Origin: Candidatus Omnitrophota bacterium | GTDB lineage: Bacteria > Omnitrophota > Omnitrophia > Omnitrophales > JACQQS01 | Length of the DNA stretch: 62,514 bases | Reading direction: 5' to 3' | NCBI GenBank assembly: GCA_016206925.1 | Contig: JACQQS010000028.1 | Coordinates: 1-62,514 of the forward strand | In this document: positions 38,638-48,544 of the stretch, piece by piece | How positions within the stretch are numbered: the stretch's first letter is position 1 | Layout: every line of letters begins with the position of its first letter | Program-made: the position numbers and the translations under genes | The notes under the pieces: model-generated | Database searches by the model: none | What the model saw: only the letters and a program-made list of their open reading frames with translations | Told to the model about the DNA's origin: nothing

Positions 38638-40311
38638 TCAAACACGTGATAAAAGACCGCGCTTTGTCTTGGCCGCAGCAACCGCAAGATAAAGTATTTC
38701 AAGGATTAAATAAAGAACTATCCACTGCCCGCCGCCGGCGCCAAAGCCGTAGCTGTGAAGCCCCCGCCCGAGCACAAAATTAACGCCGTACCAAGTCATC
38801 ACAACAAGCATAAAGCAAAGAAGAGATCCGACCGCCAGGCCGAATTCCCGGATCCAGCCGATATGCCGGGCATGCAGAAGAGCCAAATAACCCAAGAGCG
38901 AAATAAGCGCCCAGGTTTCCTTGGGATCCCAGCCCCAAAACCGGCCCCAGGATTCATTGGCCCAAACACCGCCAAGTATCGTGCCGGCAGCCAAAAGGAT
39001 GACCCCGATCTGCATACTGCGATACGTTAGCTGAGTTAGATCCTTAATTCTGCTTTGTGCACGAGAGGCCCAGATGAAATGCCCGAGCGCCACATGACCT
39101 ATTCCCATAGCGAGTGCAAATGCACCGTAACTGGAAACGATGGTAAGCACGTGAATGGTAAGCCAATAGTTGCTCCGGAGCACCGGCACCAGCACATCGA
39201 GGCTTGGATCAAAAGGCATGAGACTGCCCAGGATCAGTATCGCCGCGCCGACAAACGCAGAGACGTTGATCAAGAGCATGCGTTTTAAGATTAAAGCAAG
39301 AACCAGTGCGAATACGGAAACCATCCAGGACATAAATACCACCGACTCGAACATATTGGACACCGGCGGCCGGCTGAGCACAAGAATTCTGAGCGTAAGC
39401 CCTATCGTGTGATACACGAATGCTGCGGCAAATGCAGCGATTCCGGCGCGATTCCACCATTTACCCCGAACGCGCCACCCCGTTATCAAAAGCACACCGC
39501 TCAGCAGATAAAAAATCCACGAAATGCGAAAAGGCTCCTGCGATTGATAAGCTATTTCCAAATCCCATTTCCACGCATCCGCCCATATTTCAGGATGGGC
39601 GCTTTTGAGCGAAGCGATGAGCCGCGCGGCTTCCTCGTTAAATGCCGCCTGATTCACATTTGCGCAAAAATCCATTAATTTCCGGACGGCCACAAGTATG
39701 GATAAATTCCTTTCGCTGGGGTGTTCGGCTAATTCGCGGAGCGAGAACCACGCCTCGCTCGGCCCCGGCTCAGGAGGACCGATGCGTAAAATATCGCCGG
39801 TCAGAACCGCATTCATCATGAGAAGCGCACTGCGCACGCTTTGAGTCTTGCGGTCGAGCGGCAGAAGGTCCTCGCCGCTTTCGCTTTTCGCCTCGAGCTG
39901 GGCAAACATGCCTTGCAGGCCTTCGCTGGATTCAAGTTCCGACATGGAGAAATAATTTTGCCCGGCGTCCAAACCGGTTTCGCGCTTCAGAGGGAGGCAG
40001 CCGATCTTTAGAACCGGACGGCTGTACCACACATCGGGCCGCGACATAAGGTCAAAGAAAAATTCCAGGGCCGTAAGCCCGTCGATTGATTTCCTCCCGT
40101 GGACCGTTTCGGCAAGATTGATAGCCAGTGATTCCAAGGGCTGAACGCGGCCGTTATATTGAACGGGGAGTTTCCTAATCGCAGAAACATCAAAGGTATC
40201 GGAAGCAATCGCGAATGCAACAGCATTAAACAACACAAACAGACCCATCAATGACATTTGAACACGTGAAATCACAAGTTTATTCATAGATTCCTCATAC
40301 GGCTGTGCCAC
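38638..40311 (-). CDS. ccsA: cytochrome c biogenesis protein CcsA
   Basis: WLTIHV, WANESWGRFWGWDPKETWA, GLHSY. Confidence 0.93.
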   Translation of the reverse strand: MAQPYEESMNKLVISRVQMSLMGLFVLFNAVAFAIASDTFDVSAIRKLPVQYNGRVQPLESLAINLAETVHGRKSIDGLTALEFFFDLMSRPDVWYSRPVLKIGCLPLKRETGLDAGQNYFSMSELESSEGLQGMFAQLEAKSESGEDLLPLDRKTQSVRSALLMMNAVLTGDILRIGPPEPGPSEAWFSLRELAEHPSERNLSILVAVRKLMDFCANVNQAAFNEEAARLIASLKSAHPEIWADAWKWDLEIAYQSQEPFRISWIFYLLSGVLLITGWRVRGKWWNRAGIAAFAAAFVYHTIGLTLRILVLSRPPVSNMFESVVFMSWMVSVFALVLALILKRMLLINVSAFVGAAILILGSLMPFDPSLDVLVPVLRSNYWLTIHVLTIVSSYGAFALAMGIGHVALGHFIWASRAQSRIKDLTQLTYRSMQIGVILLAAGTILGGVWANESWGRFWGWDPKETWALISLLGYLALLHARHIGWIREFGLAVGSLLCFMLVVMTWYGVNFVLGRGLHSYGFGAGGGQWIVLYLILEILYLAVAAAKTKRGLLSRV

Positions 40312-42217
40312 CTTTAGTAGGGCTGGAAAACGGCTTAATATAAAACATGGTCACCATACCGGCCACCATGACGATGGCCCCCAAATAAATGATGTTCGTG
40401 CCGGGCGCCTTAGCCACCTGAAAAATCGATATTTCCGGCGCGCCGGGCGGCACTTCAACAAAGCTGGATTGGAATATGCGGAAGCCTTTGTAATCCAGCG
40501 GATGGTTCATGTAAATTTTTTTCTCGATGGCCACGCCGGCGCTACGATCGTGGAGCAGAACGTCGCTTTCATAAGCAGACGGAATTCTTGTCCCCGGATA
40601 AAAGGTTCTCCTGAAATCGATCAGCTTAAGCGAAAACGGAACAGGCTCGGTGTGATAGCGGTAGACGACATGGGCCGTCACTAGGCCCGCCGATAGGGTT
40701 CTGTCTTCGCCGAACGAAAGCCACTCGGGACCGGTTGATATCTTTTCTCCAGTTGACGGATCCGGATAGAACAGTTCCAATTGAACAGCCGGTTGACTTT
40801 CGGTGTCATTGTCATTCCCGCGCCGCTCGTTCAAACGGCGCGGGGACGACAAAAATTCCATTTCATACTGCGCCTCGGCACGCGGAAAATATTCTTTTAC
40901 CCGGAACTGAAAGTCCATCCAGCCAGCTGCCTGCCATTCGCCCTGCCGGACTTCGCCCGAAACATGCCCGCCTTTTGCCGTCTCGCTTACAAAGCGCAAT
41001 TTTTCATCTGTACCCTGGACAAAAGTGAAATCGGCCTTGGGCCCGGCGTTGGCCGCCAGGCGAGAAGCATCAAGTTCGGCACGCAATTTACTCCATCCGC
41101 CGGAGCCGGAGCCGTGAAGCGTATCAAATTCGGGAAAAAGCGCGAAAGCGGTATGCTGTTCCACCCGCCCGTCTTTCGCTTTGACTTCAAAACGAACGGC
41201 TGGATTCGGCGCGGCACCGGGTTCGTTTATCAGTTCGTTGCCAACAACCCGCGCATTTTGAAAATAATCCACGATCCGGAGCGACGCATCCAGACCCGGT
41301 AAATCAACCGGATTGTTTTTATCCGCCGCTGCGGGAATACGAATCGGCGCTTCTCGGCCGGGTAAATGAATCACCAGGTAAGGAATGTCCTCCCGGGGCT
41401 CCTTCCGATCGGGAGTTTTTAAAAGCATTTTCTCTTCCGCATCGGAAAGGGCCATCAGCAGCCTGAATGTGGCCGGCCCCAGCGACCAAGTATTGCTGTG
41501 AGGATTTGACGCATCAAAATAAACAAGTGTTCCCTCCTCATGAAAGCCGGCCATTTCGCTTTTCATTTCAAACACAACCGCAGGGTTTCTTTCCGCCTTT
41601 CCGGAATCAACGACATTCAGTTCCTTGCCGGCCTCCTCCGCAAATTGCAAAAAAGTCAGATAAGACCCGCTGCTGCCCAATTTAAGAGGCTCACCGATTT
41701 TACTTTTCAATTTAAATTCATCGGCAGGAACCCTGTACGATCCCGCTCCGCTCAAATCCAGGCTAACGACACGATCGCCGAGCGTTATTTGATCGACGCC
41801 GTCTCCCTCCGTCAAATACATCTGGCCTTCAATCCCGGCATGCCTGTTGACGGCCGACCCAAGGCAGATGATCAGGAGGCCAAGATGCGTGATGATAAAA
41901 CCCGCATGCCGGCGCTCGAAAGGGTAGCGCAGGACTACCGCACAGAACACGTTTAACGCGAACAAAGTCAGAAAAAGATCGAACCACCCGTTTGTATAAA
42001 TGAACCGCTGGGCAAGTTCCGTAGATTCAAACGACTCGTAGAAAGTCGAAAAAATCAGGATAACCGCCAAAATGGCAATCAGAAATACCGCGAGGCGCGT
42101 GGAGCCGAAATAGCGGCAAGTCTTTAAGAATATATTTTCCTTCCTTCTCGCTTGAGTACCGGCTTTCACGCTTTTTCCTTTGATCAGCAATGGGAGTGTT
42201 TTACCTGACTGCAGCAA
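40295..42217 (-). CDS. cytochrome c biogenesis protein ResB/CcsB
   Basis: three N-terminal TM, ITHLG, AYESDV, MNHPLDYKG.RIFQSSF. Confidence 0.85.
   Translation of the reverse strand: MLQSGKTLPLLIKGKSVKAGTQARRKENIFLKTCRYFGSTRLAVFLIAILAVILIFSTFYESFESTELAQRFIYTNGWFDLFLTLFALNVFCAVVLRYPFERRHAGFIITHLGLLIICLGSAVNRHAGIEGQMYLTEGDGVDQITLGDRVVSLDLSGAGSYRVPADEFKLKSKIGEPLKLGSSGSYLTFLQFAEEAGKELNVVDSGKAERNPAVVFEMKSEMAGFHEEGTLVYFDASNPHSNTWSLGPATFRLLMALSDAEEKMLLKTPDRKEPREDIPYLVIHLPGREAPIRIPAAADKNNPVDLPGLDASLRIVDYFQNARVVGNELINEPGAAPNPAVRFEVKAKDGRVEQHTAFALFPEFDTLHGSGSGGWSKLRAELDASRLAANAGPKADFTFVQGTDEKLRFVSETAKGGHVSGEVRQGEWQAAGWMDFQFRVKEYFPRAEAQYEMEFLSSPRRLNERRGNDNDTESQPAVQLELFYPDPSTGEKISTGPEWLSFGEDRTLSAGLVTAHVVYRYHTEPVPFSLKLIDFRRTFYPGTRIPSAYESDVLLHDRSAGVAIEKKIYMNHPLDYKGFRIFQSSFVEVPPGAPEISIFQVAKAPGTNIIYLGAIVMVAGMVTMFYIKPFSSPTKGGTAV
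40811..40850. repeat. GTCATTCCCGCG-type REP hairpin in-frame in ResB
   Basis: GTCATTCCCGCG-CCGCTCGTTCAAACGG-CGCGGGGACGAC; encodes SSPRRLNERRGND. Confidence 0.7.
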
Positions 42218-42307
42218 CGCGGACTAACGCGTATTATACGCGCATTTAATTTATTCCCTAGCGATTTCAATCGTTACGGTTTCAGCAAAAATGCTACAAT
42301 ACCGCCC

Positions 42308-43804
42308 ATGAGTTACGTGCTGGCCATTGATCAGGGCACCACCGGAACCCGCGCATTTATTTTCGATAAAAACGTCCGTCCCGTCGCAAGCGATTATCAA
42401 GAATTCCGCCAATTCTATCCCCAGCCCGGCTGGGTCGAACACGACGCCACCCAGATCTGGAAAAGCACCCGGAGCGTAATTGCCGGCGCGCTTAGAAAAG
42501 GGCGTATCCCCGCGAAGAAAATTGCGGCCATTGGAATAACCAATCAGCGCGAAACAACGGTTCTGTGGGAAAGAAAAACGTCCCGCACCGTCGGACGCGC
42601 CATTGTCTGGCAGTGCCGCCGGACCATAGAAATGTGCCAAAATCTCAAGCGTGCGGGCCACGAACCGCTCTTTAAGAAAATTACGGGTCTGGTTCTGGAT
42701 CCCTATTTTTCCGGAACGAAAATAAGCTGGTACCTGGAAAATTTCCCTGCCTTGCGCGAGCGCGCAAAGTTGGGCGATGTTTTATTCGGCACGATCGATT
42801 CCTGGCTGATTTGGAATTTAACCGGCGGACAGAGCCACGTCACGGACTTTACCAACGCTTCCCGCACGCTTTGTTACGATATCTTCAGGAAACAATGGTC
42901 TGCGCCTCTGCTCAAGATTTTAAAAATTCCCCCCGCGATGCTTCCGGAAGTCCGGGCCTCATCTTCATTATTCGGGCGGACAAGCAGATTGGGCATTCTG
43001 CCCGACGGAATTCCCATCACGGGCAACGCAGGCGATCAGCAGGCGGCCCTGTTCGGACAGGGCTGTGTCCAGCCCGGCACCATCAAGAACACGTACGGCA
43101 CCGGGTGTTTTTTGTTGTTAAATACGGGTAAACGCGGGATTCATTCGCGGAAAGGTTTTTTGACGACGCTGGCCTGTGGACCGGGCGGCGCACCCTGTTT
43201 TGCTCTGGAAGGGGCGGTCTTTATCGCCGGCGCTGCAATCCAGTGGCTTCGGGATGAAATGAAACTCATTAAAAACGCTTCCGAAACTGAAATGATCGCC
43301 GGAAAAATGAAGGGTACGGACGGTGTTTACCTGGTTCCAGCATTTGTCGGCCTGGGCGCTCCGTATTGGAACGCAAAGGCCAGGGGCATCATCACGGGCC
43401 TTACGCGCGGTGTTGGCCGGAACGCTGTCATTCGCGCCGCGCTTGAATCGCTGGCTTACCAGACCAAGGATGTCGTAGACACGATGCAGAAGGAATTGGG
43501 GAAAAGATTTCGAGTACTTAAAGTAGACGGCGGTGCGGCCGCCAATAATTTTTTGATGCAGTTCCAGGCCGATATTTTGGGAATGACCATCGAGAAACCG
43601 CGGATTTTAGAAACAACCGCAAGAGGCGCTGCCCTGCTTGCCGGCCTCGGCGTGCGGCTTTACTCAAGCAGGCAGTTTAATCCTTCCGTAGGAAAGAGAT
43701 TTAAACCGCGCCTGGGCAAGGCGAAAAAGAAGGAATTAAAGGAATTATATCAAGGCTGGCTTCATGCCGTTCGCCAGGCTACCGCTGGAACAAAGCTTTG
43801 CTAA
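42308..43804 (+). CDS. glpK: glycerol kinase
   Basis: DQGTT, ITNQRETT, AIVWQCRRT, GDQQAALFG, KNTYGTG. Confidence 0.97.
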   Translation: MSYVLAIDQGTTGTRAFIFDKNVRPVASDYQEFRQFYPQPGWVEHDATQIWKSTRSVIAGALRKGRIPAKKIAAIGITNQRETTVLWERKTSRTVGRAIVWQCRRTIEMCQNLKRAGHEPLFKKITGLVLDPYFSGTKISWYLENFPALRERAKLGDVLFGTIDSWLIWNLTGGQSHVTDFTNASRTLCYDIFRKQWSAPLLKILKIPPAMLPEVRASSSLFGRTSRLGILPDGIPITGNAGDQQAALFGQGCVQPGTIKNTYGTGCFLLLNTGKRGIHSRKGFLTTLACGPGGAPCFALEGAVFIAGAAIQWLRDEMKLIKNASETEMIAGKMKGTDGVYLVPAFVGLGAPYWNAKARGIITGLTRGVGRNAVIRAALESLAYQTKDVVDTMQKELGKRFRVLKVDGGAAANNFLMQFQADILGMTIEKPRILETTARGAALLAGLGVRLYSSRQFNPSVGKRFKPRLGKAKKKELKELYQGWLHAVRQATAGTKLC

Positions 43805-44181
43805 AAGAGTAGCCCCCACCTTACGGCAATAATGATGATGCTGATCTGAAGCGAGCTCCACACATACCAGATCACCACTTTCTTCATCAGCGGAACATCT
43901 TTCACCAGCCGGAAAACAAGAAGCAAAGCTATGGATTCCGCGATGATCGCTCCGATCTGGCGGTTAAAGAGCGGCATTCCGGGCCAAATGGCATGGCAGA
44001 CCCAGATCATCCAGAATATTGAGATGGAAAACGCATTGGCTCGAAGGGCTTTCCGGTAATCGATCAAATCCTTCGACCGCATCATTTTTGAAGCAAACAT
44101 CATAAACCACGCACCGGCAAAGATGAGTACCAATGCGAGGATCGTGGATCGAGCAAGAAGACCATAAAGATACATAAACAT
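43801..44181 (-). CDS. 4-TM hypothetical membrane protein
   Basis: four hydrophobic segments. Confidence 0.65.
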   Translation of the reverse strand: MFMYLYGLLARSTILALVLIFAGAWFMMFASKMMRSKDLIDYRKALRANAFSISIFWMIWVCHAIWPGMPLFNRQIGAIIAESIALLLVFRLVKDVPLMKKVVIWYVWSSLQISIIIIAVRWGLLF

Positions 44182-44325
44182 CTCCCGTGTTTCGAGTTTC
44201 AACTGTCTTTATATGCTACGAATTGAGTAAATATATATATGAATACGCTGTACAAGTTTATCGGCATTTCAATGCTTCGAATTAAATGAGCCCTCCGGAA
44301 AATTTTCCTAACCCTATCATTTGAA

Positions 44326-45531
44326 TCAAGATGCGTTTTCGGACATAGCTCTCCCGAAAGCCTCCGCATTCACGTGAAGTATGGTGCTGAAATCAACGTC
44401 GAAAAACCCTCTCATGTGTTCGCGCATAAAACGGGCTTGTTTGGGATCTCCATCGAGTATGAACCAAAACTGCATCTGATTTCCCAATTCAACCAGCTGC
44501 GGCCAAGTACAGAAGTCAATTCCGATCGATCCGCGCCTCAGCGGATTTTCCACACGGTCAAAAAGATATACTCTTCTTCCCAAAGGAATCCTCGATATAT
44601 AAAGCGGATCGAATTCCGGAAGGAACTCCAAGCGGTAATCGACTTCCCGTCCTCCGGCACCGGGAGGATAAATAATGTCGATCCCGCCCAAGAGCGGCTC
44701 CTTGGCCTGCCCGATGAGGTACGGTATTTCCCTGAAATCCAAAGACGCAAATCGCTGGATGCGGCTCTGTCCGTCAGAAAATAGATACGGTTGATTAGAA
44801 CGAAGGCTGAAAGCGATTCGCACGCGTCCATCCGGCGGCAAAACCAGGTCCTTGCGGCCCGCAACGTAGGTGCGAAAATGATCGTACTGCCCCAGCATCA
44901 CCGCGACAACCCGGTCCGCCTCATCCAACACGACATAAACACTTGAGTGTTCGAGTTCCCGCCATTTTTCCGGATCGAGCGCGAAAGGTACCAGCACCTC
45001 CTTGTAAGACGCGAGGCGCATAGGCAAGCCCCCGTAGAGAAAAACGTAATGATATCTTAGAAACTTGAATTTGAAGGAAGTGATTAACCCGTGAACGGTC
45101 AGGTTGACCGTTTCAAAAGAAACGCGCCCGTAGGCTTTCGGCGTAGAGGATTCCGGATGCCCGGGGCCCTGATACTCCAGATAATACTCAGGATTAAATA
45201 TGAACTCTTTCAACCGGTCCCGTTCGGGAGCGCGTTCCTTTACCAAATCTTTTTCCGTCGCCCGCCGCACGACGGTATAGGGCAAGTAGTCGGCATAAAA
45301 ATCAACGGGCTTGGCGCCTTCCGGTGCTACGTAAATTCGCGGCTTAAATTGCTCAAGCAGTTGAACATCCTCCGCGCCCGGAAAATTTCCTTCTTCGCCG
45401 GATTTCAGAGGATGCCCAAGGGACTGCGCCAGTGCATGGGTCCAAACGTTGACATCCTTCCACATGAGCGGCCCGGCAAAAGCCGTGGAGTGGACAAGAA
45501 CCGTCAGCAAGACGATCAGCCTAAAAATCAT
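44326..45531 (-). CDS. hypothetical secreted protein
   Basis: signal peptide AFA; 401-aa ORF; no family recognised. Confidence 0.7.
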   Translation of the reverse strand: MIFRLIVLLTVLVHSTAFAGPLMWKDVNVWTHALAQSLGHPLKSGEEGNFPGAEDVQLLEQFKPRIYVAPEGAKPVDFYADYLPYTVVRRATEKDLVKERAPERDRLKEFIFNPEYYLEYQGPGHPESSTPKAYGRVSFETVNLTVHGLITSFKFKFLRYHYVFLYGGLPMRLASYKEVLVPFALDPEKWRELEHSSVYVVLDEADRVVAVMLGQYDHFRTYVAGRKDLVLPPDGRVRIAFSLRSNQPYLFSDGQSRIQRFASLDFREIPYLIGQAKEPLLGGIDIIYPPGAGGREVDYRLEFLPEFDPLYISRIPLGRRVYLFDRVENPLRRGSIGIDFCTWPQLVELGNQMQFWFILDGDPKQARFMREHMRGFFDVDFSTILHVNAEAFGRAMSENAS

Positions 45532-45572
45532 AATTTATTCTAACCTCTCCTTTTGCTTCAACAGGCAGCCGA

Positions 45573-46496
45573 TTAAATATGCCCTTCTTCCAGCGTTGAT
45601 TCCGGCTCGATGTGAACGACAACGTCACTCACGCCCGGATAACGTTTGGAGATTCTTCCTTCCACCAAATGCGAAATCTCATGCGCGGTCTTCACATCCA
45701 TATGGTCCGCCACCAATACATGGAGATCAACCTGCGCGTCATCGCTTCTTCCCCGGCTGCGGACCATGTGGCAGCTCTTCACGCCCTTCACTTGTGTTAC
45801 GAGCGAGCGTACTTCCTCCGCGTCAAGAACGATATGATCGCAAAGCACGTCCGAACTTTGCTTAACAATATCCAGAGCAACGCGCAGAATGACTAGAGCC
45901 ACAAACATCGTTGTCAACGAATCGGCCCAAACCCAGCCAGCCCGTATGAGCACGAGTCCTGCGATGACCGAGAGCGACACCAGCACATCGCTTGCCGTAT
46001 GCATCGAATCGGAGCGCAGGAGATCGCTTTGCAACTCGCCGGCTCTTTTCCGCTCATAAAGAGCCACTGCGATATTGACCAGCATCGTGGCCAGCATCAC
46101 GGCGAAACTAAGCGGCGGAGCGCCGGGACTCGTGCGCGAACTTTTAAATAGGCGGTAGGCTTCTTCGAACAGGTGGAAGGAGACAAAAAAAAGTATGATG
46201 GCAATGGCCAGCGAAGCCAGCGTTTCATACCGCCTGTGGCCGTACGGATGATCAAAATCCTTGGGCTGGCGCGAAAGATGAATGCCGAAAAGCCCGATGA
46301 TGTTGGAAGCGCCGTCGCTAAATGAGTGGACGCCGTCGGCCAGAACACTCAGACAATTTGTGGCCCACCCCAGAATTATTTTCCCGGCTGCGACAGAGAA
46401 ATTCAGAAAGAGAACGATCCAAAGAACATCGCTGATTTTCCGGTAACGCTCCCGCCGTTCGGCGGATAATTTATCGAGAGCGAGATTTTCCTCCAT
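45573..46496 (-). CDS. cation diffusion facilitator (FieF-like)
   Basis: ADGVHSFSD, HPYGHRRYE, HTASD, VVVHIEP. Confidence 0.93.
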   Translation of the reverse strand: MEENLALDKLSAERRERYRKISDVLWIVLFLNFSVAAGKIILGWATNCLSVLADGVHSFSDGASNIIGLFGIHLSRQPKDFDHPYGHRRYETLASLAIAIILFFVSFHLFEEAYRLFKSSRTSPGAPPLSFAVMLATMLVNIAVALYERKRAGELQSDLLRSDSMHTASDVLVSLSVIAGLVLIRAGWVWADSLTTMFVALVILRVALDIVKQSSDVLCDHIVLDAEEVRSLVTQVKGVKSCHMVRSRGRSDDAQVDLHVLVADHMDVKTAHEISHLVEGRISKRYPGVSDVVVHIEPESTLEEGHI

Positions 46497-46583
46497 GGCC
46501 GATCGGTCCTTTTCCCTGTTAAGCTTGCAAAAACGCTAAATTCTCGCAATCTTTTACTCAAACCGCAAGAGCAAAGAAAAAAC

Positions 46584-47636
46584 TTACTTTTCCCAATCGA
46601 GAAGAGAAAATTTGTCCTTGCGGACGGCGAAACCTTTTTCGAGCAAGAGATTGTTCAGAAAGATCTCCTTGGCGTCCTTCATTTTTAGAAAGACATCCGA
46701 AAGATAGCGGTCCCATTTATCGGGTTTGGTGGTGGTAATTGTAACAGCAACGGCTTTCTTAAAGAGCGCTTCCACGGAACGTTTTGCCCGGCGGCCGGCA
46801 ACCGTGTTGAGCTCGGGCGCGTCCAGACCGCGCAGGCGGAGTTTTTCCTCAAGCCAATGCGGTTTCTCAAGCCAAATTTTCATCCAGTATGTGTCGGCAT
46901 CAATAACGCGCACCAGCTCGGCTTCGTAGGTGAAAAGGTCTGCCGTCTTCGCATCCTTCACCTTCTCTATTTTACCGGCGGAAAATCGAATGAAATCGCC
47001 GGCTTTTAAATTTTTTTTGCCATTCCCCGACTTGTCCGGCAGCGCCACGTAAGCCGTAAACCCGAGATCGATATTTAATCCGCCTCTCTTATCAACAATC
47101 TGGAAAATTCCGATCCTGCCTTTTTTGGGCTCGAGCAGATTCAGCTTCGAAACGGCTTTACCGTTGCTGCCGGCTTTTATCGGAGGCTTTACCATCGCCC
47201 TAACTTTCTTTTCAAGCTCATTCGTTGTCCAACCGTCTTTCTCTGCTCTGACTTCTAATTCCAACCGTTTCTTCTTGTTGGAAATTCTCGCTAGTGCGTC
47301 ATAATGCCTTGCCGTCAATTTCCGCGCTGGCGCGGAAATTGGATAAGCCTCGTAGATATGCTTTGCCTTATAAAGAACATCGTCACTAATCCCAAGATCG
47401 TGAGCAAGTTTTAGAATTACTTCTTTACCGTAAGCAGCGCGGCCTCCATTTTGATAAACGTGGGCATAGAGAGACCTCCCTGTTTCCCAATCCATTGTTA
47501 ATTTGATCTCTTTTATTCTCAGCCAACCTAGAGCAAGAATTTTCCTTACCCGCGCGCGGAGGGCGGCGTACGTTTTCACGTTCGGCAGATTCGCCGGCAG
47601 CCTGTTTTTAACAACGGTAATTTTTTTCGTTTTCAT
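46584..47636 (-). CDS. DUF1016/YhcG N-terminal domain fused to thermonuclease (SNase) domain
   Basis: WETGR, RAAYGKEVILKLAHDL, GWTTNELE; VIDADT, RLRGLDAPE, DKWDRYL, LNNLLLEKGFA. Confidence 0.8.
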   Translation of the reverse strand: MKTKKITVVKNRLPANLPNVKTYAALRARVRKILALGWLRIKEIKLTMDWETGRSLYAHVYQNGGRAAYGKEVILKLAHDLGISDDVLYKAKHIYEAYPISAPARKLTARHYDALARISNKKKRLELEVRAEKDGWTTNELEKKVRAMVKPPIKAGSNGKAVSKLNLLEPKKGRIGIFQIVDKRGGLNIDLGFTAYVALPDKSGNGKKNLKAGDFIRFSAGKIEKVKDAKTADLFTYEAELVRVIDADTYWMKIWLEKPHWLEEKLRLRGLDAPELNTVAGRRAKRSVEALFKKAVAVTITTTKPDKWDRYLSDVFLKMKDAKEIFLNNLLLEKGFAVRKDKFSLLDWEK

Positions 47637-47797
47637 TTCTGCTCCTTAACTCTTGCTTAAACCACCGTAGTTTTGATTCCTATTTTGTCGGATTGTAAGG
47701 TGCCATTAACAAATTGTAAATAACTTCGAATAAAGGATAGATGCATTCAAAAATAGTTTATGCTATCATTCGTGACGCTGTGCCTTAATCAAGGAGA

Positions 47798-48124
47798 ATG
47801 AGCGTGAGCGATCAAGTACGAATTATAATCAATGAACTTCATAATTACCTGGAACAGGCATACGGCCCCCGCCTCAATCAAGTCATTTTATACGGCTCGC
47901 AAGCCAGAGGCGATGCAGAGGAAGGATCTGATATCGATGTATTGGTCGTATTAAACGACCGCGTTGACGCCGGGGATGAAATCGCTAAAACAAGCAAAAC
48001 CATTTCGCGCTTATCGCTGAAATACGATACGCTTGTTTCTTGCACGTTTGTTTCTCGCGACCGTTTTACTAAAGAGCAAAGTCCTTTGTTCCTTAATGTG
48101 CGGCGAGAAGGAATCGCTGCATGA
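47798..48124 (+). CDS. minimal nucleotidyltransferase (MNT) antitoxin
   Basis: LYGSQARGD..SDIDVLVV. Confidence 0.9.
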   Translation: MSVSDQVRIIINELHNYLEQAYGPRLNQVILYGSQARGDAEEGSDIDVLVVLNDRVDAGDEIAKTSKTISRLSLKYDTLVSCTFVSRDRFTKEQSPLFLNVRREGIAA

Positions 48125-48499
48125 ATTCCGAACAAGCAGCATTGTTACATAAAGCTCAGGAGAGTTTGGAAGCAGCCAAACTGCTTTCAGAAATACTACA
48201 ATTTTTCCGTTTCGCGAGCCTATTACACAATGTTCTATCTTGCAGAAGCTTTGCTTTTGAGTGAAGGTCTGTCGTTTTCCAAACATTCGGGTGTATTAGC
48301 GGCTTTTGGAAAGCAATTTGTTAAAAGCAGAAAAATATCCGAAGAGTTTCATCAATACTTGGTTGAGGGCCATCAAAACCGAAATATTAGCGATTACGAC
48401 TCCGGTCCTGGCCTATCTAAAGAGCAAGCAGAAAAACAAATTATTCACGCCGACTATTTTCTTCAACTCGCCCAAAAATTTCTTGGTGCCTTTCCCTAA
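48121..48499 (+). pseudogene. HEPN toxin with a frameshift near 48190
   Basis: MNSEQ..KAQESLEAAKLL in one frame; YYNFSVSRAYYTMF..KHSGV..RNISDY in the next. Confidence 0.75.
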
Positions 48500-48544
48500 A
48501 TTAATTCCAATCGTCGACAAATTGTCGATAGTTATTCCATTAAT

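Noticed and set aside
47686-47706. TGGCAC upstream of the DUF1016-SNase gene as a sigma54 site
   Set aside because: The -12 GC is missing (GG-N10-TC)
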